A DNA stretch of 64,000 nucleotides from an uncultured Bacillota bacterium (GTDB lineage Bacteria; Sysuimicrobiota; Sysuimicrobiia; Sysuimicrobiales; Segetimicrobiaceae), in contig CAWDRG010000009.1 in the NCBI GenBank assembly GCA_963804645.1, positions 1,340,628 through 1,404,627 of the forward strand, given 5' to 3'. The notes below the pieces were generated by a model. That model did not search any database, was not told the origin of the DNA, and was given only the letters and a program-made list of their open reading frames with translations. Each line of letters starts with the position of its first letter. Positions within the stretch are counted from its first letter, which is position 1. A program made the translations under genes and the position numbers. Below are positions 1 through 11,150 of the stretch, one piece after another.

Positions 1-1438
1 GCCCGACCGAGTCTACGAGATGGAACGCTGGGGCGGCCTGTTCGACCGGACGCCCGACGGGCGCATCATGCAGCGGCCGTTCGGCGCGCACACGTACCGG
101 CGGCTGTGCCACGTCGGCGACCGCACGGGCCTCGAGCTGATCCGGACGATGCAGGACAAGGTCGTGCACTCCGGCGTCGAGGTCTACATGGAAGTGACCC
201 TGACGCGCCTTCTGAAGGACGGCGACCGGATCGCCGGCGCGTTCGGCTACCGGCGCGAGGACGGACGCTTCGTGCTGCTGCGGGCGAAGGCCGTGGTGCT
301 GGCGACCGGCGGCTGGGGCAAGCTGTTCAAGGTCACCAGCAACTCCTGGGAGTGCACCGGGGACGGCTGCGCGATGGCGTACGAGGCCGGCGCCGAGTTG
401 ATGGACATGGAGATGGTGCAGTTCCATCCGACCGGGATGGTCTGGCCGTCGGGCGTGCGCGGAATCCTCGTCACCGAGGCGGTGCGCGGCGAGGGCGGCA
501 TCCTCCTGAACTCCAAGGGCGAGCGTTTCATGCAGGTCTACGACCCGAAGAAGATGGAACTGAGCAGCCGCGACGTCGTCGCGCGCTCCATCTACAAGGA
601 GGTCCAGGCGGGGCGGGGGAGCCCGCACGGCGGGGCGTTCCTCGATATCTCCCAGCGCGGCGCCGAGTACATCAAGAAGAAGCTCCCGAGCATGTACGAC
701 CAGTTTCTCACGCTCGCCGACATTGACATCACGACGACCCCGATGGAGGTCGCCCCGACGATCCACTACGTGATGGGCGGAGTGCGCGTCGGGCCGGGCA
801 CGGGGCAGACCAGCATCCCCGGGCTGTTCGCGGCTGGCGAGGTGGCGGCGGGGCTCCACGGGTCGAACCGGCTCGGCGGCAACTCGCTGAGCGATCTCTT
901 GGTGTTCGGTCGGCGCGCGGGCGAGCACGCCGCGGCGTACGCCAAGGGCGTGGCGCAGGAGCTGCGGGTGGACGACGCGCAGGCGGATGCGGAGCGCCGC
1001 CTCCTGCTGCGGCCGTTCGAGGGCGGCGGCACGGAGAACCCGTACCAGCTCCATGAGGAGCTGCAGGACGTGATGGGCACGCACGCCGGGATCGCCCGCA
1101 CCGGCGACCAGCTCAAGGAAGGCCTCCAGAAGATCCTCGCGCTCCAGGCGCGCGCGGGGCACATGCACGTCAGCGGCTCGATGCTGTTCAACCCCGGATG
1201 GCACACGTGCCGGGACGTGCGGTTCATGCTCGAGCTGTGCGAGGCGATCCTGCGGGCCGCGATCGAGCGGACCGAGAGCCGGGGCGCGCACTGGCGCCTC
1301 GACTTTCCCGATCAGGATCCCGAGTGGGGACGCAAGAATCTCGTGGTCACGCGCGAGGGGGACGCCATGACGGTGGCGGCCGCTCCGGTGCCGCAGATGC
1401 CCCCCGAACTGGCTCGGCTGCTCGCGCCAAAGGTCTAG
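1..1438 (+). CDS. sdhA: Succinate dehydrogenase/fumarate reductase flavoprotein subunit, 5'-truncated by window edge
   Basis: Motifs QFHPTG, TEAVRGEGG, HYVMGG, GLHGSNRLGGNSL, ESRGAH; followed by the Fe-S subunit. Confidence 0.93.
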   Translation, partial: PDRVYEMERWGGLFDRTPDGRIMQRPFGAHTYRRLCHVGDRTGLELIRTMQDKVVHSGVEVYMEVTLTRLLKDGDRIAGAFGYRREDGRFVLLRAKAVVLATGGWGKLFKVTSNSWECTGDGCAMAYEAGAELMDMEMVQFHPTGMVWPSGVRGILVTEAVRGEGGILLNSKGERFMQVYDPKKMELSSRDVVARSIYKEVQAGRGSPHGGAFLDISQRGAEYIKKKLPSMYDQFLTLADIDITTTPMEVAPTIHYVMGGVRVGPGTGQTSIPGLFAAGEVAAGLHGSNRLGGNSLSDLLVFGRRAGEHAAAYAKGVAQELRVDDAQADAERRLLLRPFEGGGTENPYQLHEELQDVMGTHAGIARTGDQLKEGLQKILALQARAGHMHVSGSMLFNPGWHTCRDVRFMLELCEAILRAAIERTESRGAHWRLDFPDQDPEWGRKNLVVTREGDAMTVAAAPVPQMPPELARLLAPKV

Positions 1439-1447
1439 GAGGCGGCG

Positions 1448-2200
1448 ATGGCGGACGCAACGTTCCACGTCTTCCGCGGCGATAAGGCCGGCGGGGACCT
1501 GCGCACCTACCAGGTGCCGGTGATCGAGGGCATGGTGGTGCTCGATGCGATTCACTACATCCAGGCCCATGCGGATTCGACGCTCGCCTGCCGCTGGAAC
1601 TGCAAGGCCGCGAAATGCGGCTCGTGCAGCGCCGAGATCAACGGCAAGCCGCGGCTGATGTGCAAGACGCGCCTCGATGCGTTCGCCGGGGAGCCGATCA
1701 CGGTCCGGCCGATCAAGGTGTTCCCGTTGATCAAGGATCTCGTGACGGACGTCTCGTGGAACTACCGTGTGAACAAGGAGATCCCGCCGTTCACGCACGC
1801 GCCGGACGATCCGGGCCCGTGGAAGATGTACCCGGAAGACGTCGACCGACTGTTCGAGTTCCGGAAGTGCATCGAGTGCTTCCTGTGCCAGGACGTCTGC
1901 CACGTCCTGCGCGAGCACGACGGCACCGACAAGTACTACGGGCCGCGGTTCATGGTCCGCATCGCCAGCCTCGAGATGCACCCCAAGGACGTTGAGTCCC
2001 GCACCGCGCTGCTGCACGGGCGCGGCGGCCTCGGGTTCTGCAACATCACGAAGTGCTGCGAAGAGGTCTGCCCCGAGCACATCCACATCACCGATAACGC
2101 GATCATCCCCCTCAAGGAACGCGTGGCCGACGACTTCTTCGATCCGTGGCGCGCCCTGCTGCGCATGTTCGGCGGGCGGAAGGAGCCGCGCGGGACCTGA
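1448..2200 (+). CDS. sdhB: Succinate dehydrogenase/fumarate reductase iron-sulfur subunit
   Basis: Cys clusters CRWNCKAAKCGSC, CIECFLCQDVC, CNITKCCEEVCP; RBS AGGAGG. Confidence 0.93.
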   Translation: MADATFHVFRGDKAGGDLRTYQVPVIEGMVVLDAIHYIQAHADSTLACRWNCKAAKCGSCSAEINGKPRLMCKTRLDAFAGEPITVRPIKVFPLIKDLVTDVSWNYRVNKEIPPFTHAPDDPGPWKMYPEDVDRLFEFRKCIECFLCQDVCHVLREHDGTDKYYGPRFMVRIASLEMHPKDVESRTALLHGRGGLGFCNITKCCEEVCPEHIHITDNAIIPLKERVADDFFDPWRALLRMFGGRKEPRGT

Positions 2201-2254
2201 TCGACGCGGGGTGGGCGTCGCGCCGCCCGGCGATGCTGGAAAGGAGCAGGTTCG

Positions 2255-3499
2255 ATGCTGACGCTTGACACGCTCACCCCTCCGAAAGAGGGCCAACGGA
2301 TCGAGATCCGGGACGGCAGGATGCACGTGCCGGATATCCCCATCATCCCGTACATCGAGGGCGACGGTACCGGCCCCGACATCTGGCGCGCGACGGTGCG
2401 CGTTCTCGACGCCGCGGTCGCGCGGGCGTACGGAAAGAAGCGCCGGATCGTGTGGTTCGAGGTGTTTGCCGGCGAGAAATCGCACGGCCGATTCAAGACC
2501 TGGCTGCCCGAGGACACGCTGCGCGCGTTCTCTCACTACGTCGTGGGCATCAAGGGGCCGCTGACAACGCCGATCGGCGGCGGGATGCGGAGCCTCAACG
2601 TCGCGCTGCGGCAGCTCCTCGACCTGTACGCGTGCGTGAGGCCGGTCCGCTATTTCGAGAACGTCCCGAGCCCGGTGAAGCGGCCCGAAGACGTCGACAT
2701 GGTGATCTTCCGCGAGAACATGGAGGACATCTACGTCGGGTACGAGTTCGCGAGCGGCACCCCCGAGGCGAAAAAGCTGATCGAGTTCGTGAACCGTGAA
2801 TTCAAATGGAAGGTGCGCGAGGACTCGGGCGTCGGCCTCAAGCCGATGAGTCCGTTCGGCAGCAAGCGGCTGATCCGGAAGGCAATCCAGTACGCGATCG
2901 CCCACCAGCGCCCGAGCGTCACGCTCGTGCACAAGGGCAACATCATGAAGTACACGGAAGGCGCGTTCAAGGACTGGGGGTACGAGCTCGCCCGTGAGGA
3001 GTTCGGCGGCCAGACGATCTCGTGGGACGACGTCGAGAAGCACCACGGCGGCAAGACGCCGGCGGGCAAGGTGCTGATCCAGGACTACATCGCCGATGTT
3101 ACGTTCCAGCACGTGCTGACGCGCCCCAAGTCGTTCAGCGTGATCGCGACCCCCAACCTGAACGGCGACTACCTCTCGGACGCGGTCGCGGCGCAGGTGG
3201 GCGGGATCGGGATGGCCCCGGGCGGCAACCTGAGCGATCACCACGCGGTGTTCGAGGCGACGCACGGGACCGCCCCCAAGTACGCCAACCTCGACAAGGT
3301 CAACCCCGGCTCGCTGATCCTCTCGGGCGTCATGATGCTGGAGCATCTCGGGTGGAACGAGGCCGCGGACGCCATCATCCGTGCGCTCGAGGCGACCTTC
3401 CGCAAGAAGATCGTGACCTACGACCTCGCGCGCCTGATGGACGGCGCGCGTGAGGTCAAGACGAGCGAGTTCGCGACCGCCGTGATCGGCGAGCTGTAG
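2255..3499 (+). CDS. icd: Isocitrate dehydrogenase (homodimeric NADP type)
   Basis: [50 protein letters not shown]. Confidence 0.96.
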   Translation: MLTLDTLTPPKEGQRIEIRDGRMHVPDIPIIPYIEGDGTGPDIWRATVRVLDAAVARAYGKKRRIVWFEVFAGEKSHGRFKTWLPEDTLRAFSHYVVGIKGPLTTPIGGGMRSLNVALRQLLDLYACVRPVRYFENVPSPVKRPEDVDMVIFRENMEDIYVGYEFASGTPEAKKLIEFVNREFKWKVREDSGVGLKPMSPFGSKRLIRKAIQYAIAHQRPSVTLVHKGNIMKYTEGAFKDWGYELAREEFGGQTISWDDVEKHHGGKTPAGKVLIQDYIADVTFQHVLTRPKSFSVIATPNLNGDYLSDAVAAQVGGIGMAPGGNLSDHHAVFEATHGTAPKYANLDKVNPGSLILSGVMMLEHLGWNEAADAIIRALEATFRKKIVTYDLARLMDGAREVKTSEFATAVIGEL

Positions 3500-3522
3500 T
3501 CGCAGGGGAAGGAGAGCAGCCC

Positions 3523-4461
3523 GTGCCAGCCACACACGCAAAGGTCAGCATCGTCGGCGCCGGCAACGTGGGACACACGGCGGCGCAGTGGATCGTGTCG
3601 CACCGGCTCGCCGACGTCGTGCTGGTGGACGTCGTCGAGGGGATGCCGCAGGGCAAGGCCCTGGACATGAGTCAGGCGGGGCCGATCGAGGGGTTCGATG
3701 TCACCATCACCGGCAGCAACAGCTACGACGACACGGCGGGCTCCGACGTCGTCGTCATCGTCGCCGGCGTCGCCCGGAAGCCGGGGATGACGCGTGAGGA
3801 CCTGCTCAACGTCAACGCCGGCATCGTGACGAGCGTCACCAAAGAGGTGGCCCGCCGATCGCCGCGCGCCGTGCTGCTCGTGGTGACAAACCCGCTCGAC
3901 GTCATGGTCTACCTGGCGTATCAGGCGAGCGGGTTTCCGCCCGAGCGGGTGATGGGCCAGAGCGGGGCGCTCGACAGCACGCGGTTTCGCACGTTCATCG
4001 CGCGGGAGCTCGGGGTGTCGGTGCAGGACGTCTCGGCGATGGTGATCGGCGCGCACAGCGACACCCACATGGTGCCGCTCGCGAGCTTCGCCTCCGTCGG
4101 CAGCATCCCGCTGCGCCATCTGCTCCCCGCGGACCGGATTCAGGCGCTCGTCGAGCGCACGCGGAAAGGCGGCGCCGAGATCGTCGCCCTCCTCAAGACC
4201 GGGAGCGCGTTCTTCGCCCCCGGGGCGGCGATCGCGCAGATGGTCGAGGCGATCCTGCTCGACCGCAAGCGCCTCATCGGGCTCTCGGCGTACCTTACCG
4301 GGCAGTACGGCGTCCGGGACCTGTTCGTCGGCGTGCCCGCGCTGCTCGGCGCGGGCGGCGTGGAGCGGATCTACGAGGTTCCGCTCGATCCCGCGGAGCG
4401 CGCGGCATTCGACGAGGCGGTCAAAAACATCCGCGAAAACGTCGGCCTGGTCACGAGGTAG
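3523..4461 (+). CDS. mdh: Malate dehydrogenase (LDH-like)
   Basis: GAGNVG Rossmann motif, ARKPGMTREDLL, VTNPLD; TCA context. Confidence 0.95.
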   Translation: MPATHAKVSIVGAGNVGHTAAQWIVSHRLADVVLVDVVEGMPQGKALDMSQAGPIEGFDVTITGSNSYDDTAGSDVVVIVAGVARKPGMTREDLLNVNAGIVTSVTKEVARRSPRAVLLVVTNPLDVMVYLAYQASGFPPERVMGQSGALDSTRFRTFIARELGVSVQDVSAMVIGAHSDTHMVPLASFASVGSIPLRHLLPADRIQALVERTRKGGAEIVALLKTGSAFFAPGAAIAQMVEAILLDRKRLIGLSAYLTGQYGVRDLFVGVPALLGAGGVERIYEVPLDPAERAAFDEAVKNIRENVGLVTR

Positions 4462-4465
4462 CGCG

Positions 4466-5593
4466 ATGAAACTGCACGAGTACCAGGCCAAGGAGATCTT
4501 CGCGCGCTACGGGCTGCCGATTCAGAACGGCACGGTCATCGAGCGGCCCGAGCAGATCGCCGGGCTCTCGCTGCGATATCCCGTCGTCGTCAAAGCCCAG
4601 GTGCTCGTCGGCGGCCGCGGGAAGGCGGGGGGCATCAAGCTCGCCGCCACGCCGGCCGAGGCGGAGGAGCGGGCGCGGGGGATCCTCGGGATGGACATCA
4701 AGGGCGAGCGCGTCACGCGGGTGCTGGTCGCCGAAGCCGTGGACATCGAGACCGAGTACTACCTCGCGTTCGTGACCGATCGGCGGACCGGACACGTCGT
4801 CGCGATCGCGTCCGCCGAGGGCGGGGTCGAGATCGAGACGATCGCGCAGACCGACCCGGAGAAGATCGCCCGCGCGGAGATCGAGCCGTTTCTCGGGTTT
4901 CGGGTGTTCCAGGCGCGCGCGCTCGGACGGCGGCTGTTCCTGTCCGGCGCGCTGCTCGACGAGTTCGTGAAGATCGCGACGACGCTGTACCGCCTGTACT
5001 GGACCGAGGACGCGGATCTCGCGGAGATCAACCCACTCGCCCGTGTCGGCGGTCACCTGCTGTGCGTGGACGCGAAGCTCGTCCTCGACGACAACGCGAC
5101 GTACCGGCACCCGAACCTGCCGGTCAACGAGGAGATGACCGAGCTGGAAGCCGCGGCCAAGAAGCACGGACTCTCGTACGTGGAGCTCGACGGCGACATC
5201 GCCGTGATCGGCAACGGCGCCGGGCTCGTGATGAGCACCCTCGACCTGCTCGCGCACTTCGGCGGCCGCGCCGCGAACTTCCTCGATATCGGCGGCGGAG
5301 CCAGCGCCGAGTCGATGCAGACGGCGCTTGGGATCGTCCAGCGGAAGCCCGGCGTGCGGGCGGTGTTCATCAACATCTTCGGCGGGATCACCCGGTGCGA
5401 CGACGTCGCGCGCGGGATCGTCGACAATCCACCGAAGGTGCCGGCCAGCATCCGCCTGACGGGGACGAACGAGGTGGAGGGGCAGCGCATCTTAAAAGAC
5501 GCCGGCATCGCCGCCGGGATGGATCCCGACGAGGGCGCGCGCGTCGCGGTGCAGCTCGCGAAGGCCGCGTCCGGACAGCGGGGCGGACGCTGA
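4466..5593 (+). CDS. sucC: Succinyl-CoA synthetase beta subunit
   Basis: [42 protein letters not shown]. Confidence 0.96.
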   Translation: MKLHEYQAKEIFARYGLPIQNGTVIERPEQIAGLSLRYPVVVKAQVLVGGRGKAGGIKLAATPAEAEERARGILGMDIKGERVTRVLVAEAVDIETEYYLAFVTDRRTGHVVAIASAEGGVEIETIAQTDPEKIARAEIEPFLGFRVFQARALGRRLFLSGALLDEFVKIATTLYRLYWTEDADLAEINPLARVGGHLLCVDAKLVLDDNATYRHPNLPVNEEMTELEAAAKKHGLSYVELDGDIAVIGNGAGLVMSTLDLLAHFGGRAANFLDIGGGASAESMQTALGIVQRKPGVRAVFINIFGGITRCDDVARGIVDNPPKVPASIRLTGTNEVEGQRILKDAGIAAGMDPDEGARVAVQLAKAASGQRGGR

Positions 5594-6462
5594 TGGCGAT
5601 CATCGTCGGCGGCAAGACGCGTCTGCTCGTCCAGGGGATCACCGGGTACCAGGGCGCGTTCCACACGAAGTTGATGCTCGAGGCGGGCACCAAGGTCGTG
5701 GCGGGCGTGACCCCCGGCAAGGGCGGGGAGCGCGTGCACGGCGTCCCGGTGTTCGACACCGTGGACGAGGCGGTGCGGCAGACCGGTGCCAACGCGTGCT
5801 GCATCTTCGTCCCGGCGCGGTTCGCCGGCGAAGCGGCGCTCGAGGCGATCGCGAGCCACCTGAACCCGGTGGTGATCATCACCGAGGGCATGCCGGTTCA
5901 CGATGCGATCGAGGTGCTGGCGTACGCGCGGCAGCATCATGTGCGCCTCCTCGGCCCCAACGGGCCCGGCGTGACCACTCCCGGACTATGCCGCGTCGGC
6001 ATCATGCCCACGCAGCTGTTCAGGCCGGGGCCGGTCGGGCTGGTGTCGCGCAGCGGGACGCTGACGTACGAGGTGGTATGGGGGCTGACGCGGGCCGGTC
6101 TCGGCCAGTCGACGGCTGTGGGCCTCGGCGGCGATCCGGTCGTCGGGACCTCGTTCGTGGAGGCGCTCGAGCTGTTCAACCGCGACCCCGACACGCACGC
6201 GATCGTGCTGCTCGGGGAGATCGGCGGGAGCGCGGAGGAAGAGGCCGCGCGGTACATCGCCCGCGAGGTCAAGAAGCCGGTGGTCGCGTACATCGCCGGC
6301 CGCACGGCGCCCGTGGGCAAGCGGATGGGGCACGCGGGGGCCGTCATCTCGGGCACCGAGGGCACGGCGGACCACAAGATCAAGGCGCTCGAGGCGGCCG
6401 GCGCGCGCGTCGCCGAGCTCCCGAGCGGCGTCGCCGAGCTCGTCAAGACGCGCCTGTCGTAG
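5593..6462 (+). CDS. sucD: Succinyl-CoA synthetase alpha subunit
   Basis: [29 protein letters not shown] phospho-His motif; TGATG coupling to sucC. Confidence 0.96.
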   Translation: MAIIVGGKTRLLVQGITGYQGAFHTKLMLEAGTKVVAGVTPGKGGERVHGVPVFDTVDEAVRQTGANACCIFVPARFAGEAALEAIASHLNPVVIITEGMPVHDAIEVLAYARQHHVRLLGPNGPGVTTPGLCRVGIMPTQLFRPGPVGLVSRSGTLTYEVVWGLTRAGLGQSTAVGLGGDPVVGTSFVEALELFNRDPDTHAIVLLGEIGGSAEEEAARYIAREVKKPVVAYIAGRTAPVGKRMGHAGAVISGTEGTADHKIKALEAAGARVAELPSGVAELVKTRLS

Positions 6463-6507
6463 CGCGGGGCGCCCGGCGCGCGGGCGCGGCGCGGTCGGGG
6501 ACCGACC

Positions 6508-6516
6508 TGCTATAAT
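6508..6516 (+). promoter_or_regulatory. Extended -10 promoter (TGCTATAAT), probably driving a leaderless transcript
   Basis: Perfect TGnTATAAT ending 6 nt before ATG 6523; no Shine-Dalgarno in between. Confidence 0.65.
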
Positions 6517-6522
6517 AAGTCG

Positions 6523-6864
6523 ATGTTCGGGCTGCTCATTCGCTGGGCGATCAATGCGGTGGCGCTCTATCTGACGACGCTGCTCGTCCCCGGAATCCGC
6601 GTCGACGGGATCCAGGGACTTATCATCGCCGCGCTGGTGCTCGGGATCGTCAACGCGCTGCTGCGGCCGGTGGTGCTGCTGCTCACGCTGCCGCTGACGA
6701 TCGTGACGCTCGGGCTGTTCGCGCTCGTCGTCAACGCCGTCATGCTCTACATCGTCTCCGCGGTGACCCACCATCTCGTCATTGCGAACTTCTTGTCCGC
6801 GTTCATCGGCGCGCTCGTGCTGAGCGTGATCAGCTTCATCCTCTCCCAAGCGGTGGTCGACTAG
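6523..6864 (+). CDS. YvlD-like 4-TM membrane protein (phage holin family 4_2)
   Basis: Hydrophobic; RPVVLLLTLPLTIVTLGLF signature. Confidence 0.85.
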   Translation: MFGLLIRWAINAVALYLTTLLVPGIRVDGIQGLIIAALVLGIVNALLRPVVLLLTLPLTIVTLGLFALVVNAVMLYIVSAVTHHLVIANFLSAFIGALVLSVISFILSQAVVD

Positions 6865-7769
6865 TGAGCCGCTCGCAGCCCATGGCGGGCCCGAGCGCCG
6901 GCGCCCTTGCCGACCGCGTCGAGTTCCTCATCGTGACCGGGTTGAGCGGCGCCGGCAAGTCGCAGGCGACGCACGCGCTGGAAGACCTCGGGTTCTTCTG
7001 CGTCGACAACCTGCCGCCGGCGCTGATTCCGAAGTTCGCCGAGATCATCCAGGAATCGCAGGGCCGCATCCGCCGGGTCGCGCTCGTGATCGACGTGCGC
7101 GGCGGAGAGTTCTTCAACACCCTCGACGCCGCCCTGGCCGCCCTCAGCGCGCTCGGGATCAACTACCAGATCCTGTTCCTCGACGCCTCCGACGAGGTGC
7201 TCGTCCGGCGATTCGAGGAGACGCGCCGGAAGCACCCGCTCGGCGGCAGCGTGCTCGACGGCATCCGCAGCGAGCGCAAGCGCCTGCAGCCGCTGAAGGA
7301 GCGCGCGCACAAGATCATCGACACCACCGGGCTCAGCGCGCGGGAGCTGCGGGAGGAACTCGCGGACACGTTTCTGCGCACCCCCGGCGCCAACGCGCTC
7401 ACCGTCAGCGTCTCGACGTTCGGCTACAAGTACGGGATTCCGATCGACGCCGACCTGGTCTTCGACGTCCGGTTCCTGCCGAATCCGTACTACGTCGAGG
7501 GGCTGCGCGCGCTCCCGGGCCAGAGCCCCGAAGTGCGGGACTGGGTGCTGCAGTGGGAGCAGACGCGGGAGTTCCAGCGGCGCTTCCACGACCTCCTCGC
7601 CTACCTGCTGCCGCAGTACACGGCGGAGGGGAAGACGCATCTGACGATCGCGATCGGCTGCACGGGGGGAAAGCACCGGTCGGTCGTGATCGGCGACGAT
7701 CTGACCAAGTTTCTGCGCGCCGCGGGGTACCCGGTCCGCATCAAGCACCGGGACGTGAGGAAAGAATGA
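6864..7769 (+). CDS. rapZ: RNase adapter RapZ (YvcJ) P-loop protein
   Basis: IVTGLSGAGKS, FCVDNLP, FDVRFLPNPYY, IGCTGGKHRSV. Confidence 0.95.
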   Translation: MSRSQPMAGPSAGALADRVEFLIVTGLSGAGKSQATHALEDLGFFCVDNLPPALIPKFAEIIQESQGRIRRVALVIDVRGGEFFNTLDAALAALSALGINYQILFLDASDEVLVRRFEETRRKHPLGGSVLDGIRSERKRLQPLKERAHKIIDTTGLSARELREELADTFLRTPGANALTVSVSTFGYKYGIPIDADLVFDVRFLPNPYYVEGLRALPGQSPEVRDWVLQWEQTREFQRRFHDLLAYLLPQYTAEGKTHLTIAIGCTGGKHRSVVIGDDLTKFLRAAGYPVRIKHRDVRKE

Positions 7770-9127
7770 GCCTGAACGGGTCGGGGAACGGGGCGCCGCT
7801 CGGCCGGCTGCGGGTGTGGCTGCGCTGGCTCGAGCCCGGGCTCGGCGTGAAGCGGTGGGTCGCGGTGATGGCCGTCGGCATCCTGCTGGTCAGCTCCGGC
7901 GCGGCGCTGATCGTGAACGTCAAGCTGCTCGACGTGCTGGAGGTCGCGCTGATCCAGGCGATCGACGTCGCGTACCGGGTCACCGGGCACGTCTTCTCGC
8001 CCGTGCTCGGCGGCCTGCTGCTCCTGGTGCTCGGCGTCGCGGTGTTCGTGTACGGGCTGCGGGAGACGATCCGGTCGTTCGTCGACGTGTTCCTCCCGCG
8101 CGGCGATCCCCGGCTCGTCGAGATGCTGGTGCAGCAGCGGCAGCTGCAGCGCGGCCCCAAGATCGTGGTCCTCGGCGGGGGCACGGGGCTCAGCACGCTG
8201 CTGCGGGGGCTCAAGCGGGAGAGCACGAATCTGACCGCGGTCGTCACCGTGTTCGACGACGGCGGCTCGTCGGGACGCCTGCGGCGCGAGCAGGGGATCC
8301 TGCCGCCGGGCGACATCCGCAACTGCCTCGTCGCGCTCTCCGAGGCGGAGCCGCTCCTGACGCGCCTGTTCGAGCACCGCTTCACGGGCGGCGCCCTCGA
8401 CGGACACAGCTTCGGCAACCTGTTCATCGCGAGCATGCTGCAGGTCGAGGGCGACCTTGAGACGGCGCTCCGGGAGTGCAGCAAGGTGCTCGCGATCCGC
8501 GGGCGGGTGCTCCCGACGACCCTCCACGACGTCACGCTGTGCGCCGAGTTCGCGGACGGGTCGATCATCGAGGGGGAGTCCGCGATCACCCGGGCCGGCG
8601 GCACGATCCGGCGCGTGTTTCTGCAGCCGTCGCGCGTGCCCGCGCTGCCGGGGGTGCTCGAGGCGATCGAAGAGGCCGATCTCATTGTGCTCGGGCCGGG
8701 CAGCCTCTATACAAGCGTCCTGCCGAACCTGCTGGTGGGCGGCGTTACGGACGCGCTGCGCCGCGCGCGCGGCCTCAAAGTCTACATCTGCAACGTCATG
8801 ACGCAGCCGGGAGAGACGCTTGGGTTTACCGCGTCCGACCACGTGCGCGTGCTCCTGGAGCAGGCGGGTGCGGGGCTGTTCGAATACGTGCTCGTCAACA
8901 ACCGCCGGCCGCGGAACCAGGCGCTGCTCGCGCGCTACGGGCACGAGGGCGCGACGCCGGTGGAGCCGGACGTGGACGCGATTCGCGCGCTCGGCCTGCG
9001 GGTGATTCCCGACGATCTGATCAGCGAAGAGGCCCTCGTGCGCCACGACCCCTGGAAGATCTCCGCGGTGCTGATCCAGCTCCTGGCGACGGTGTCGCCC
9101 GAAGCGCGGGCCGTCGCGCGCGTGTAG
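7766..9127 (+). CDS. yvcK: YvcK/CofD-like (UPF0052) protein with N-terminal TM segments
   Basis: GGGTGLS, DDGGSSGRLR, PPGDIRNC, GPGSLYTS; adjacent to rapZ. Confidence 0.9.
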   Translation: MSLNGSGNGAPLGRLRVWLRWLEPGLGVKRWVAVMAVGILLVSSGAALIVNVKLLDVLEVALIQAIDVAYRVTGHVFSPVLGGLLLLVLGVAVFVYGLRETIRSFVDVFLPRGDPRLVEMLVQQRQLQRGPKIVVLGGGTGLSTLLRGLKRESTNLTAVVTVFDDGGSSGRLRREQGILPPGDIRNCLVALSEAEPLLTRLFEHRFTGGALDGHSFGNLFIASMLQVEGDLETALRECSKVLAIRGRVLPTTLHDVTLCAEFADGSIIEGESAITRAGGTIRRVFLQPSRVPALPGVLEAIEEADLIVLGPGSLYTSVLPNLLVGGVTDALRRARGLKVYICNVMTQPGETLGFTASDHVRVLLEQAGAGLFEYVLVNNRRPRNQALLARYGHEGATPVEPDVDAIRALGLRVIPDDLISEEALVRHDPWKISAVLIQLLATVSPEARAVARV

Positions 9128-9320
9128 GAGGTTTGCCACCGCTGCGCGAACCATGCGGATATTGACGGCCGCGGCGCGCCTCACGTCCCGGGGGCGGCGC
9201 CGGCGTGCGCCGGCCGCCCCTGACTGGTGATCCAGGCGTCCCGGCCGGCCCCGGCCGGGGTCAGCAACGACGCCGCCGTCCCGGTGTGTCCGCCGGGCGG
9301 CGCGCGGCTGAGGAGACGAG

Positions 9321-9677
9321 ATGCTGCTCGACTGGGGATACGTCGCGATCTTCGCGCTCGTCGGGGCCGGCATGGTGTCGATGCCGCTCGCGATCATCGC
9401 ACTCATCAGCCCGCGGAGCTCCTATCCTCACAAGCGGGATACGTATGAGTCCGGGATGGCGCCGATCGGCGAGGCGTGGTCGCAGTTTAACGTCCGCTAC
9501 TATCTGTTCTCGCTGATCTTCGTCGTGTTCGACGTTGAGATCATCTACCTGTACCCGTGGGCGGTGGTGGCGCGCAGCCTCGGCGCGCCGGCGTTCTACT
9601 CGATCGTGGTCTTTCTCGCGGTCCTGGTCCTCGGTCTCGCGTACGCGTGGCGGAAGGGCGCGCTGGAATGGACGTGA
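9321..9677 (+). CDS. nuoA: NADH-quinone oxidoreductase subunit A
   Basis: YESG, FVVFDVEIIYLYPWA, AWRKGALEW. Confidence 0.94.
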   Translation: MLLDWGYVAIFALVGAGMVSMPLAIIALISPRSSYPHKRDTYESGMAPIGEAWSQFNVRYYLFSLIFVVFDVEIIYLYPWAVVARSLGAPAFYSIVVFLAVLVLGLAYAWRKGALEWT

Positions 9678-10654
9678 TGCCCTGGTACGTCGAGGTGCTG
9701 CGGGCGATCGTCGGGACGATCATCATCTTCAGCGCCGTCGCGATCGTGACCGCGATGCTCGGGGTGCTGCTGGAGCGCCGGATCAGTGCCTGGATCCAGA
9801 GCCGGATCGGCCCGGTGCACGTCGGCCCCCGCGGCCTGCTGCAGACCGTCGCCGACACGTTCAAGCTGCTCCAGAAGGAATACATCCTCCCCCGCAACGC
9901 CGACGCGGTGATTTTCTCGAGCGCCGTCATCGTGGTCCCGCTGGCCGCGCTGCTGGACTACGTCGTGCTGCCGTTCGGCACCACGCGCGCGGGGCCGCTG
10001 ATCTACCGGGACCTCAACATCGGTGTGCTGTACTTCGCGGCGACGTCGTCGCTGATCGTCGTCGGCATCCTGATGGCCGGCTGGGGCTCGAACAACAAGT
10101 ACGCGCTGCTCGGCGGCCTGCGCTCGGCCGCGCAGATGGTGAGCTATGAGATTCCGATCGGCCTCGTGCTGATCACGATCGCGATGCTCGCCGGATCGCT
10201 CTCGACCGTGACGATCGTGAACGCGCAGACGCACCTCTGGTTCATCGTCTCGCAGCCGGTCTCGTTCGTGATCTTCTTCGTGGCGGCGATCGCGGAGGTG
10301 AACCGCGCGCCGTTCGACCTCGTCGAGGCCGAGAGCGAGCTCGTCGCCGGGTACTTTTCCGAATACACCGGGATGCGCTTCGCGCTGTTCCAGCTCGGCG
10401 AATACGGGGAGATGTTCGCGATGGCGGCGCTGGCCGTGACGCTGTTCTTCGGCGGGTGGCAGGGCCCCGTGCTGCCGTCGGTGGTCTGGTTTCTGATCAA
10501 GCTGTACGTGCTGGTGTTCGTCTTCATGTGGGTGCGCTGGACCTATCCGCGGTTTCGGATCGACCAGCTGCTGAACTTCTCGTGGAAGATCCTGATCCCG
10601 GTGGCGCTGGCGAACCTCGTCGTGACGGCGTTCTTCGTCATCGTGGTGCACTGA
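9677..10654 (+). CDS. nuoH: NADH-quinone oxidoreductase subunit H
   Basis: ERRISAWIQSRIGP, RSAAQMVSYE, NRAPFDLVEAESELVAG, YPRFRIDQL. Confidence 0.95.
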   Translation: MPWYVEVLRAIVGTIIIFSAVAIVTAMLGVLLERRISAWIQSRIGPVHVGPRGLLQTVADTFKLLQKEYILPRNADAVIFSSAVIVVPLAALLDYVVLPFGTTRAGPLIYRDLNIGVLYFAATSSLIVVGILMAGWGSNNKYALLGGLRSAAQMVSYEIPIGLVLITIAMLAGSLSTVTIVNAQTHLWFIVSQPVSFVIFFVAAIAEVNRAPFDLVEAESELVAGYFSEYTGMRFALFQLGEYGEMFAMAALAVTLFFGGWQGPVLPSVVWFLIKLYVLVFVFMWVRWTYPRFRIDQLLNFSWKILIPVALANLVVTAFFVIVVH

Positions 10655-11148
10655 TGGTCGGAGAGGCGCTCGCGTTCTACCTGCTGGCGGCGATCACCCT
10701 CGCGTCCGGCATCGTCGTGGTGACGAGCCCGAACCTCGTCCACAGCGCGGTCGCGCTCGTCCCCGCGCTGCTGGGCGTGACCGGGCTGTACATCCTGCTG
10801 AACGCGGAGTTCCTGGCGGGGGTCCAGGTGCTGATCTACGCCGGCGGCATCACGGTGCTGATCCTGTTCGTGATCATGCTGACCGAGGGCGCCACCGGGC
10901 TGCGGGTCCCGCAGCGGAATGAGCAGGGGCCGATCGGGGCGGCGGTCGCGGGGGCGGCCGCGGCGGTCCTCATCGCCGTCGCGACCCGGACGCCGTGGGC
11001 GCACGGCGCCGGCGTGCTGCCGTCCTACACGCCCGGCGCGATCGGGGAGAGCTTTCTCGGCCCGAACCTGCTGCTGTTCGAGGGCACCTCCGTCGTCCTG
11101 CTCGTGACGCTGGTCGGCGCGATCCTGATCGCTCGGAAAGAGGACTGA
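10654..11148 (+). CDS. nuoJ: NADH-quinone oxidoreductase subunit J
   Basis: AEFLAGVQVLIYAGGITVLILFVIML. Confidence 0.93.
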   Translation: MVGEALAFYLLAAITLASGIVVVTSPNLVHSAVALVPALLGVTGLYILLNAEFLAGVQVLIYAGGITVLILFVIMLTEGATGLRVPQRNEQGPIGAAVAGAAAAVLIAVATRTPWAHGAGVLPSYTPGAIGESFLGPNLLLFEGTSVVLLVTLVGAILIARKED

Positions 11149-11150
11149 CG

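Noticed and set aside
6523..6864. Holin-family gene as evidence of a prophage
   Set aside because: YvlD-type membrane protein in a housekeeping context; no phage genes nearby.
9130..9320. GC-rich inverted repeats upstream of nuoA as a riboswitch
   Set aside because: Pairing is expected by chance at this very high GC content; no recognisable motif or terminator.
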